Assembly: GCA_035631035.1 (NCBI GenBank)
Contig: DASQJL010000096.1
Location: forward strand, 1,234-65,233
Length of the DNA: 64,000 nt
Reading direction: 5' to 3'
Origin: Candidatus Binatia bacterium
GTDB lineage: Bacteria > Eisenbacteria > RBG-16-71-46 > SZUA-252
Below are positions 34,477 through 41,882 of this stretch, piece by piece. Every line of letters begins with the position of its first letter. Within the stretch, counting starts at the first letter, position 1. A program made the position numbers and the translations under genes. The notes under the pieces were generated by a model. That model was not told where the DNA came from. It worked only from the letters and a program-made list of their open reading frames with translations, and ran no database searches.

Positions 34477-35061
34477 CTATGGGCGGGGCGGCTTGGAAGC
34501 GGGATAGAGGGTGCCCACCTGGCGCTCCCGATGGGCCGCGAACAGCGTTCGTTCGACCGCTCGCGCCGTGACGTCGAGCTCCGCCGCCACGCCCCGAAGC
34601 ACGTGGAGGAACTGGAACCACTGATCGAGGGTGAGCCCGGCGCCCCGGGCATTGCCCCGCACGGCGCCCATCGCGTGCAGCAGCTGCCACACGCGAATGT
34701 CGATCACGCCGTAGCGCCCGGGCTCGAGCATAGTGAGCACCGCGGAGGCCGAGGGGGCGGAGACGCCCCTCAGCGAGAGCAGGCGCTCGAAGCGCTCCCG
34801 CTCCTCCACGCTCCGGATCGCCGCTTCCGTGGCGGTGCGGACGCGGCGCGCGCCGTTTTCGCGGACGAGTCCCGTGGATCGCGGGGATTTCCAGCGGCAG
34901 ATCCGGATCAGCTCCCCCCTCGTGAGGTAGCCGCGGACGTTCGCGGGACGCACCGCTTCGATCAGGGAGGAAGTCGCCGGGTCCTCGACGGCGATCATCC
35001 GCTCCCGCACGAGCGCGATCAGGGAAGGTTCGGGGCGCGAGCCTGCGATCACGCCCCGCAT
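34477..35061 (-). CDS. Hypothetical protein with helix-hairpin-helix (HhH-GPD-like) motif
   Basis: 194 aa. LLSLRGVSAPSASAVLTMLEPGRYGVIDIRVWQLL fits the L..L.G[IV]..-A..[IV]L...-P...-[IV]D pattern of HhH DNA-binding/glycosylase folds. It lies 6 nt downstream of the DUF3037 gene. Confidence 0.5.
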   Translation of the reverse strand: MRGVIAGSRPEPSLIALVRERMIAVEDPATSSLIEAVRPANVRGYLTRGELIRICRWKSPRSTGLVRENGARRVRTATEAAIRSVEERERFERLLSLRGVSAPSASAVLTMLEPGRYGVIDIRVWQLLHAMGAVRGNARGAGLTLDQWFQFLHVLRGVAAELDVTARAVERTLFAAHRERQVGTLYPASKPPRP

Positions 35062-35067
35062 CCGCGG

Positions 35068-35466
35068 TCAGCTTCGCCGCGGCGTCCGGACCATCGTCTC
35101 GAGCAGGTGCTCGAGGAGTGCGGCCGGGTCCGTGCAGGCGCCGGTGTGGACGGCCGAGGTCTGGATGACCGTGCTGCGCGGCGCGGTGAGCCAGCGGAAG
35201 CGCTCCCGCTTCGAGAGGGCCCCGATCGGTCCCGCGGAGGGGCCGCCCGCGCAGATCGCGGGGAGGGTCGCCAAGTGGGCGCGGATCGTCGCAAGGTCGG
35301 CGCCGGGGTCCAGCGCGAGCAGCCGGCCCTCGTCCAGCTCGATGCGGGCCTCCAGGAAGTCGCTCGCCGGGCAGGAGACGATCGCTCCGGCATTGATGAA
35401 CTCCTCCCGCTCCACCTTCGGGACCACGCGGACGATGGCGTAATCGTACGGGCTAGGCTCGGGCAC
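35068..35466 (-). CDS. DUF3037-domain protein
   Basis: 132 aa. The N-terminal YDYAIVRVVPKVEREEFINAGAIVSC matches my recollection of the DUF3037 signature (Y.VLR.VP.VERGEF.N.GV). Its start overlaps the kinase gene by 14 nt. Confidence 0.65.
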   Translation of the reverse strand: MPEPSPYDYAIVRVVPKVEREEFINAGAIVSCPASDFLEARIELDEGRLLALDPGADLATIRAHLATLPAICAGGPSAGPIGALSKRERFRWLTAPRSTVIQTSAVHTGACTDPAALLEHLLETMVRTPRRS

Positions 35467-36217
35467 GGATCGCCTCTTCCAGGAAGGGCCGCGGCGTCTC
35501 CAGGCGGCGCGCCAGATACTTCACGTAGGCATCGCGATGCTCGGCGGCCGTCGCGAAGGGTGCGTCGACCAGCCAGGTGTCGGGGACCAGCGAGACGATG
35601 CGCCGCAGCTCGTCCGGAGTGACCCGCTTGTCCAGCGCGGCATCGGCTTCCTCCATCCGGGAGGCCGCGGGAAGGAGCACGTGGTCGCGAATCATCGGGA
35701 AGGGATCGCGGCTCCGCTCCAGCCAGTGCTCCCACGTGTGGTGGAAGTAGAGCGCCGATCCGTGGTCGATGAGCCACGTGCGCCGGTGCCACACGAGCAG
35801 GTTGGTATTGCGTGGCGTCCGGTCGATGTTCGTGACGAAGGCGTCGAACCAGACCACCAGGGATGCGAACCCCGGATCCGGCTTCTCCGCCACGGGATCG
35901 AACATGATCGAGCCCGGCAGGTAGTCGAGCGCCAGGTTCAGCCCGCCGCTCGCGCGGATCAGGTCCTGGATCTCCGGGTCGGGTTCCGTGCGCGCGAGGT
36001 CGGGGTCCAGCTCCACGAACACGATCTCCGGAACGGGAAGCCCGGCGGCGCGCGCGATCTCGCCGCACACGAGCTCCGCGATCAGCGCCTTGGCGCCATG
36101 TCCCGCGCCGCGGAACTTGAGCACGTACATGCCGTCGTCGTCGGCTTCGACGATCGCGGGCAGCGAGCCTCCCTCGCGGAGCGGGGTCACGTAGCGCGTG
36201 GCCGCGACCGTGCGCAT
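35453..36217 (-). CDS. Short HipA-like (HipA_C-type) Ser/Thr kinase-family protein
   Basis: 254 aa. Gly-rich YVLKFRGAGHGAKAL. Catalytic-loop-like VTNIDRTPRNTNLLV, followed by LIDHGSALYF (D.H..N / DxG analogues of HipA). Confidence 0.6.
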   Translation of the reverse strand: MRTVAATRYVTPLREGGSLPAIVEADDDGMYVLKFRGAGHGAKALIAELVCGEIARAAGLPVPEIVFVELDPDLARTEPDPEIQDLIRASGGLNLALDYLPGSIMFDPVAEKPDPGFASLVVWFDAFVTNIDRTPRNTNLLVWHRRTWLIDHGSALYFHHTWEHWLERSRDPFPMIRDHVLLPAASRMEEADAALDKRVTPDELRRIVSLVPDTWLVDAPFATAAEHRDAYVKYLARRLETPRPFLEEAIRARA

Positions 36218-36234
36218 CTAGAGGGCGCGCCGCG

Positions 36235-36705
36235 TCATCGGCCCAGGAACCTGTCGATCTGCCGGCGGTGCCGCAGCACGTGCACGATCGCGTGCTCGAA
36301 GAGCTGCTCGAAGTCATAGATCGGTCCCCAGCGAACGGTCATCTTCATCTCGGTGCATTCCTGGTCCGTCATCTCCCAGTGGCCCTCGAGGGTCTCGGCC
36401 ATGTAGGCGAGCGTCTTCCGCATCTCGGCCGGCGTATCGGCGCGGCGGACCGGTTCGTCCCACCGGACCACGGGCTCCTTCTTCCAGTGCGTCCGCATGT
36501 AGTTCGCGTAGCCGTACCCGGCTCGGACCACGTGCCTCATGATGGTCTGGATCGAGCGGCAATCCTCGTCCTGGGTCGTGGTGTCGCGGACCCGATCGAA
36601 CTCCTCATCCGAGATCCCCTCCAGAATCCGGATCAGCTCCGCCGAGGCGCGCTCGTACTCGTCCATCAACGCGCCGACGGGTCCCTTCCTGTAGGTCTTG
36701 GCCAC
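36235..36705 (-). CDS. DinB-family protein (second copy)
   Basis: Trimmed to GTG 36705, preceded by GGAGG at 4-nt spacing (alternative ATG 36666). Contains IMRHVVRAGYGY and C-terminal FEHAIVHVLRHRRQI. Confidence 0.7.
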   Translation of the reverse strand: MAKTYRKGPVGALMDEYERASAELIRILEGISDEEFDRVRDTTTQDEDCRSIQTIMRHVVRAGYGYANYMRTHWKKEPVVRWDEPVRRADTPAEMRKTLAYMAETLEGHWEMTDQECTEMKMTVRWGPIYDFEQLFEHAIVHVLRHRRQIDRFLGR

Positions 36706-36901
36706 GGCTCCTCCGCAAGGTGGTGTGTGGGCGGCGATTCTGGCCCAGGAACCGGCCGGAAGCCAAGGGCTGCTTCCAGCCATGGCCCTTCCCGGCGGTG
36801 AAGAATTCTCTGAGCGCGCCGATACCTTGGTAGCGCGCCGGGGGCCGGGGCTCCGCGTGGCGCGCCCTCGCCGCGACCCACCCTGCAACCGGAGCGAAAC
36901 C

Positions 36902-38173
36902 GTGGGCAAGAAGCACCGCTCGTTCAGGATATCGCTGCCCCCCGCCGTGGGCCGGATCGCGAAGGGGGCCCTCAAGAGCAAGCTCCTCATGGTGCTCGTG
37001 GGACTCTTCGTGCTCGGGTTCATCGCGGGAAAGCAGTCCGAGCCCGATCCCACCGGCGCGCCGTTCGAGGAGTTGTTCGAGAACCTGAGCGTCGTATCCT
37101 ACCGCGACTCTCCCTCGGACTCGGCCTCGCACTTCATGGTCGAGCTGTCCGCGCGCGGCAAGGTCTTCCGCGAGTACGACGTGGACGAGCAGCGTTTCGT
37201 GGAGCCCGCCCGCGGCCGCGACTACCGGCGCATGATCGGCGCCACTCGCTATGAGCCGCTCGTCGTGCGCGGCCACGTGGACCGCGGCTTCTGGCTGGAG
37301 CTGTCCAACCAGAAGAGCCCCGAGATCCTGCCCGACCAGTTCCAGGAGATGTACCAGACCACGCTGGACTACGTGAAACCGGTGTCGGTCATCGCCTCGA
37401 TCGCGGGGACGCTCTCCGGCTATTCCGTCGGATACCGCGCCGGCACGTGGGGCACCTCGCTCGCCAATCCCGCCGTGCAGAAGCGGGTGCTGTCGACCGC
37501 GGGCGTCGGGCGGATGATCACGCGCGAGGCCTGGCGCCGCGTGCTCCTGGAGCCCGTGGTGATGGGGCACGAGAGCGACCCCGAGCGGTTCGCCGCGGCG
37601 CGCGAGACCCAGCGGATCTACACGAACTTCTTCCGGCTCGCGCTGGCCGACAGCAACGACTTCATCCATGACGAGGCCCGGCGGCTCGACGCCGCGGGCT
37701 ACACGCGCGAGGCGATCGCCATGCTGGAGTTCACCTACTCGGCGCTGCGAGCGGCCGACGACACCGTGCACCTCGAGAGCGCCGATTTCCGGGCCGTCGA
37801 GGAATGGGCCAGCCTGATCGCGCACCGCGGCCACTGGGCGCCCACGTCGATCCCCGCATCGGGCGAGGCGCGCGTGCGCTACCTGGGGACCCTGGCCTAC
37901 TACGGCCTGACGCCGGTCGCCGACGACGCGCATCGGGTCTGGGTCGGGCCGCGCGTGCTGGTGAAGGATGGCGAGGAGGAGGGGTTCGTGGCGGACGAGA
38001 TCCCCTCGATCCGCGCCGCGTGTCCCTTGACGTGGCAGGACTGGCTGCGCCACGACACCACCGGGATGAGCAGCAACGAGTGGACGGCGCAGTGGATGAG
38101 GGAATCGAAGCAGCTCGCGCAGATGGTGAGTTTCGGAAAGCAGGTCGTGCGGCAGATGCAGCCCGCGCGGTAG
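36902..38173 (+). CDS. Membrane-anchored hypothetical protein (single N-terminal TM, ~380-aa soluble domain)
   Basis: Trimmed to GTG 36902 (VGKKHRSF...LLMVLVGLFVLGFIAG). Balanced, non-junk composition; I recognised no motif. Confidence 0.55.
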   Translation: MGKKHRSFRISLPPAVGRIAKGALKSKLLMVLVGLFVLGFIAGKQSEPDPTGAPFEELFENLSVVSYRDSPSDSASHFMVELSARGKVFREYDVDEQRFVEPARGRDYRRMIGATRYEPLVVRGHVDRGFWLELSNQKSPEILPDQFQEMYQTTLDYVKPVSVIASIAGTLSGYSVGYRAGTWGTSLANPAVQKRVLSTAGVGRMITREAWRRVLLEPVVMGHESDPERFAAARETQRIYTNFFRLALADSNDFIHDEARRLDAAGYTREAIAMLEFTYSALRAADDTVHLESADFRAVEEWASLIAHRGHWAPTSIPASGEARVRYLGTLAYYGLTPVADDAHRVWVGPRVLVKDGEEEGFVADEIPSIRAACPLTWQDWLRHDTTGMSSNEWTAQWMRESKQLAQMVSFGKQVVRQMQPAR

Positions 38174-38184
38174 GGCCCCGTCCG

Positions 38185-38568
38185 CTACGCGTCGCCCGTG
38201 GGAATGATCCCACGTCGCTCCACCATCAAGATCACGGTGCGCTCCGGGGCGCGCGTCCGGTGCACCACGCCCCTGGGCACCACGAATCCCTGCTGCGGCG
38301 ACAGCTCCACCGTGCGGCTCTCCAGGTCGATCAGCAGCCGGCCCTCCACCACGAAGAAGAACTCGTCCTCCTCGTCATGCTTGTGCCAGTGGTATTCCCC
38401 TCGGATCACGCCGAGTCGCACGACCGAATCGTTCACCTGGCAGAGGGTCTGGTTGTACCAGGGATGGGTGCAGGCGGCGGCGAGCGCGGAAACGTCGATC
38501 AGCTCCAAGGGCTCATAGCGCACGTCCATGTGCGTGTCGTAAGGGTAGTTCTTGGGGTCGTCGGCCAT
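38185..38568 (-). CDS. Cupin-domain protein
   Basis: Trimmed to ATG 38568. Cupin motifs GEYHWHKHDEEDEFFFVVEG and GFVVPRGVVHR. Divergent from lexA. Confidence 0.8.
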   Translation of the reverse strand: MADDPKNYPYDTHMDVRYEPLELIDVSALAAACTHPWYNQTLCQVNDSVVRLGVIRGEYHWHKHDEEDEFFFVVEGRLLIDLESRTVELSPQQGFVVPRGVVHRTRAPERTVILMVERRGIIPTGDA

Positions 38569-38628
38569 GCTCCACTCCTCGGGAAAAGGACAAGAACGGC
38601 TGAGGATACTCCTCGGCTGAGCCGCCCC

Positions 38629-38658
38629 CTTGACAACTGCACAAACGTTCACTATCTT
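38629..38658 (+). promoter_or_regulatory. lexA promoter with embedded candidate LexA operator (SOS box)
   Basis: cTTGACAacTGCACAAACGTTCAcTATCTT. -35 at 38630-38635, a 17-nt spacer, -10 at 38653-38658, dyad at 38638-38651. 26/30 identical to 41781-41810. Confidence 0.6.
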
Positions 38659-38669
38659 CCTTTTCAGCC

Positions 38670-39428
38670 ATGAAGAAGAAGCCCAACCCCAGCGGGGCCC
38701 GGGGAAAGCGGCCCCCCACGCGCACGCCCTCTCCCGAGGCGATCCTCTCCTACATCGAGGAGTCGCTTCGCGATACGGGCCGCCCGCCCACGATTCGGGA
38801 AATCGGAGCCGTCTTCGGGATCGCCTCCACCAATGGAGTCCGCTACCACCTCGATAAGCTGGAGCGGGAAGGCAGGATCCGGCGGGATCGATTCACCAGT
38901 CGAGGCATCGAAGTACAGTTGGCCGGCGGGCGCGGCGCGACGCATATGGACACCTTGCCCTCCATGTCGCCCGCGTTTCGCCGAGCCAACGTTCCTCGAG
39001 GGACTGTGGCTGGCGTCCCCGGTGGCCTTGAACGGGATCTCCTTGAAGTCCCCCTCCTGGGCCACGTCGCCGCCGGCGCGCCCCTCCTCGCCGAAGAGCA
39101 CATCGAGGACACCCTGACCCTCGACCCGGCGATGGTGCGGCCCGGCGGCAAGCACTTCGCCCTGCGGGTGCGCGGCGACAGCATGAAGAACGCCGGGATC
39201 CTGGACGGCGACGTGGTCATCGTCCGGCACGACACTCCCGTGAAGAGCGGCGAGATCGCCGTCGTGCTGATCGGCGACGAAGCCACCGTGAAGCGCTTCT
39301 TTCCGCGGCGCGACAAGCTCCTGCTATTTCCTGAAAACGAAGACTACGAACCGATCGAAGTGCGTCCGGCCGATCCCGACGTGCGGGTGGCGGGCAAGGT
39401 GGTGGGTGTATTTCGGAGGCTCGGCTGA
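38670..39428 (+). CDS. lexA: LexA repressor (with basic N-terminal extension and expanded linker)
   Basis: Winged-helix TIREIGAVFGIASTNGVRYHLDKLEREGRI. Cleavage site HVAAGAP. Ser in RGDSM and Lys in TVKRF. Confidence 0.92.
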   Translation: MKKKPNPSGARGKRPPTRTPSPEAILSYIEESLRDTGRPPTIREIGAVFGIASTNGVRYHLDKLEREGRIRRDRFTSRGIEVQLAGGRGATHMDTLPSMSPAFRRANVPRGTVAGVPGGLERDLLEVPLLGHVAAGAPLLAEEHIEDTLTLDPAMVRPGGKHFALRVRGDSMKNAGILDGDVVIVRHDTPVKSGEIAVVLIGDEATVKRFFPRRDKLLLFPENEDYEPIEVRPADPDVRVAGKVVGVFRRLG

Positions 39429-39724
39429 TGCTCCATGCGCGATCGTTTCCATCCGAGAGAGACGGCTACTTCATGATCGAGTCCATCCACGACCCCATCG
39501 AGGTCATCACCATGTTCTCCGGCGGAACGATGAAGCCGATCCGCTTCCGCTGGAAGAACAAGACCGTGCGCATCGCCAAGGTGACGGGGGACTGGGTCCG
39601 GCACGAGGGGGAGAACAAGGTCCACTACTTCGCGCTTCTCGCCGACAACGCGGACTACTACGAGATCCGCTACGACGCGCGCGAGATGACCTGGCAGCTC
39701 ACGCGGGTGTGGATGGAGGGGTAG
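39428..39724 (+). CDS. Hypothetical 98-aa protein translationally coupled to lexA
   Basis: The ATG overlaps the lexA TGA (TGATG). GGAGG lies 8 nt upstream. Ordinary composition (KPIRFRWKNKTVRIAKVTGDWVRHEGENKVHYFALLADNADYYEIRYD). I recognised no family. Confidence 0.6.
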   Translation: MLHARSFPSERDGYFMIESIHDPIEVITMFSGGTMKPIRFRWKNKTVRIAKVTGDWVRHEGENKVHYFALLADNADYYEIRYDAREMTWQLTRVWMEG

Positions 39725-40193
39725 CCCCGCTCCACGTCCACGAGCCGAGCAGGCGCTCACGCCGGCGCCCGGGCCAGCGGCGGAACTCCTCGGACGGAAC
39801 GAACCCGAGCAGGCTGTCGCAGTCCTGGCGCCGGATGAAGCGGACCCACCCCGACAGCGGTTCCCGAACGAGAACGACACGGCCGGCGAAGATCTCCTCC
39901 AGCGCTCCGATGACGGCGCCGAGGATGGCTCCATCGGACGCCGCGCCCCAGACCAGGATCTTCTCGGCGGGACCGGGAGGGACGCCGTCGTCGTAGGCGA
40001 TCGTCGCCCCCTCCTCGTAGAGGTCGGCGCGAAGCTCATGTCCGGGGCGGCCCGGCACCGGCAGACGGACCGACATGTGGACCGTCATGGAATCCACGCT
40101 CGGGTCCAGCTCCGGATGAAGGGCCCGTAGACGCGCGGCCAGGAGCGTCGCGACCCGGCGGGTCTGCTCGGTCAGGGTGAGCGCGTGCTTCAA
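39699..40193 (-). CDS. Hypothetical protein
   Basis: Trimmed to TTG 40193, which overlaps the HAD stop (TTGA). 164 aa, no motif recognised. The start is uncertain. Confidence 0.45.
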   Translation of the reverse strand: MKHALTLTEQTRRVATLLAARLRALHPELDPSVDSMTVHMSVRLPVPGRPGHELRADLYEEGATIAYDDGVPPGPAEKILVWGAASDGAILGAVIGALEEIFAGRVVLVREPLSGWVRFIRRQDCDSLLGFVPSEEFRRWPGRRRERLLGSWTWSGATPPSTPA

Positions 40194-40939
40194 GGGATCG
40201 CGCCCTCGTCGACATGCCCCGGGGCATGTCGCAGCTCGGACAGGCTGCGCACGATGCGATCGGGGCGTACGTCGCTGCCCGATGGGATCCCCGCGCCTCC
40301 TCGGTCGATCCAGATGGCGTAGATCCCGAGGCGCTGCGGGGCGGCGACGTCCCATTCGAGATTGTCCCCGGCCATCCAGGTCTCGTGCGGCGCGGCCTGC
40401 AGCTCGTCCAGCGCGATCCGGTACACGCGCGGATCGGGCTTGCCGTAACCCAGCTCCCCCTCGATCAGAACCAAATCGAAGAGCTCGGCCAGCTGAAAGC
40501 GCACCACCTTGCTCCTCTGGGCAGCCGCGGCGCCGTTCGTGAGGAGGGCCAGCCTGCGGCCGCTCTGCTTGAACCAGCGCACGGTCTCGATCGCATCCTC
40601 CAGCGGCTGGAGGCCCAGGTGCCGCTGGGCGCGATAGTGCTCCGCGATCTTCTCGGCCAGCTCCGGCGACTCGAGCCCGATCTCCACGAGCGAAGCGCGT
40701 ACGACCTCCCGCCGCGCGGCATCCAGGTCCAGGCGCCCCTCCCGATGGCGCTCGGGATCGGACCAGAACCACGCGCGCGTTTTCTCGATGACGGCGTGGA
40801 GCGCGGAGGGATCGACCGCGCCCAGCTCGTCGCGGTGGGCGCGGCAGGCCTCCAACCAGCAGTGGGAGACGTTGCCGCTGTCGTCGAGGATCGTGTCGTC
40901 GAGATCGAGGAGGACGGCCTTGGGAAGGGCTCCGGTCAC
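40190..40939 (-). CDS. HAD-superfamily hydrolase
   Basis: Motif I VLLDLDDTILDD. Motif II LLTNG. Motif IV-like MAGDNLEWD. Confidence 0.85.
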   Translation of the reverse strand: MTGALPKAVLLDLDDTILDDSGNVSHCWLEACRAHRDELGAVDPSALHAVIEKTRAWFWSDPERHREGRLDLDAARREVVRASLVEIGLESPELAEKIAEHYRAQRHLGLQPLEDAIETVRWFKQSGRRLALLTNGAAAAQRSKVVRFQLAELFDLVLIEGELGYGKPDPRVYRIALDELQAAPHETWMAGDNLEWDVAAPQRLGIYAIWIDRGGAGIPSGSDVRPDRIVRSLSELRHAPGHVDEGAIP

Positions 40940-40949
40940 GGGCGCCGTC

Positions 40950-41750
40950 TCAAGCCCTGCTCCCGCGCACGGCCCACGCGCGCGCGATCAGGTGGATCGA
41001 GCCGTCCGCCTCGACCGGCAGCCGCGAGCGGATTCGGTCCCGCAGCGCGCCCCGGCGCGCCTCTTCCAGCGACATGGCGTAGCCCGGCGCGGGGCCCTGG
41101 CCGCCGAGGAAGGGGGACCAGTAGTCGTCGAAATCGCGAAACACGGTCGGGACGTCGATCGCACGCGTCCGGACGTCGCTCAGGTGCCCTCCGGAAAATA
41201 CATCGGCGAGCGCCTCGGGGTGGCAGAGCGGGAATCGGGTCCCTTCGTCCAGCTCGCGGGCCGCGGGATCGAGGGCGATGGCGGCGTCCCAGAAATGCCG
41301 GAGCAGCTCCATGCGCCCCGAGTAGTCCCAGACATAGGCCGCGGCGACGCCTCCGGGGCGGAGCGCGCGAGACATCTCGCCCACGGCGAGTGCCGGCTCC
41401 GGAACGAAGTTGAGGAGCAGGGCGGAAACCGCTGCGTCCACCGAGGCGTCCTCGACCGGAAGCGATCGGGCGTCGCCCACCTCGAACGTCGCGACCGTGC
41501 GCTCCCCGATGCGCGCACGGGCGTAGTCGACGTACGCGGGGGAGGCGTCGATGCTCCGCACCGACCGGGGGCTGGAGCGATCGAGAAGGGTCTGGGTCAA
41601 GGCACCGGTGCCGCACCCGACGTCGAGCCAGGCCCTGCCCGGCGGCACGTCGAGCCACGCGAGGAATTCGGGGGCCACGCGACGGCTCCATCGGCCGACG
41701 AAGGGCTCGTAGAGGTCGCCCGCGGCCCAGACGTCTTCGGGGGTCATCAC
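40950..41750 (-). CDS. Class I SAM-dependent methyltransferase
   Basis: Motif I WLDVGCGTGALTQ. 266 aa. Divergent from dinB. Confidence 0.85.
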   Translation of the reverse strand: MMTPEDVWAAGDLYEPFVGRWSRRVAPEFLAWLDVPPGRAWLDVGCGTGALTQTLLDRSSPRSVRSIDASPAYVDYARARIGERTVATFEVGDARSLPVEDASVDAAVSALLLNFVPEPALAVGEMSRALRPGGVAAAYVWDYSGRMELLRHFWDAAIALDPAARELDEGTRFPLCHPEALADVFSGGHLSDVRTRAIDVPTVFRDFDDYWSPFLGGQGPAPGYAMSLEEARRGALRDRIRSRLPVEADGSIHLIARAWAVRGSRA

Positions 41751-41780
41751 GACAGTTTACTTGCCCCTTGCGGGCGCCAT

Positions 41781-41810
41781 CTTGACAACTGCACAAATGT
41801 GCAATATCGT
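41781..41810 (+). promoter_or_regulatory. dinB-operon promoter with embedded candidate LexA operator (perfect palindrome)
   Basis: cTTGACAacTGCACAAATGTGCAaTATCGT. -35 at 41782-41787, a 17-nt spacer, -10 at 41805-41810. The palindrome TGCACA-AA-TGTGCA lies at 41790-41803. Confidence 0.6.
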
Positions 41811-41882
41811 AGTCGTGTGACCTGCTTGAGGCGCCTCGCCAGTCCTCGATCGTGGAACGCAGAGCCCTGGGAGTGACCTTCC

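Noticed and set aside
35453-36217. Canonical hipBA toxin-antitoxin locus.
   Set aside because: No upstream HipB-like HTH gene is present. The kinase is ~254 aa rather than ~440 aa, and the downstream partners are a DUF3037 protein and an HhH-like protein. I therefore reported it as a non-canonical module.
41781-41810. The two 30-nt near-identical sequences considered as a dispersed repeat, MITE end or CRISPR-like repeat.
   Set aside because: There are only two copies, and each sits exactly at promoter distance from a start codon. They contain -35/-10 hexamers and an internal dyad, and they have no flanking inverted repeats or spacers. A promoter-operator interpretation fits better.
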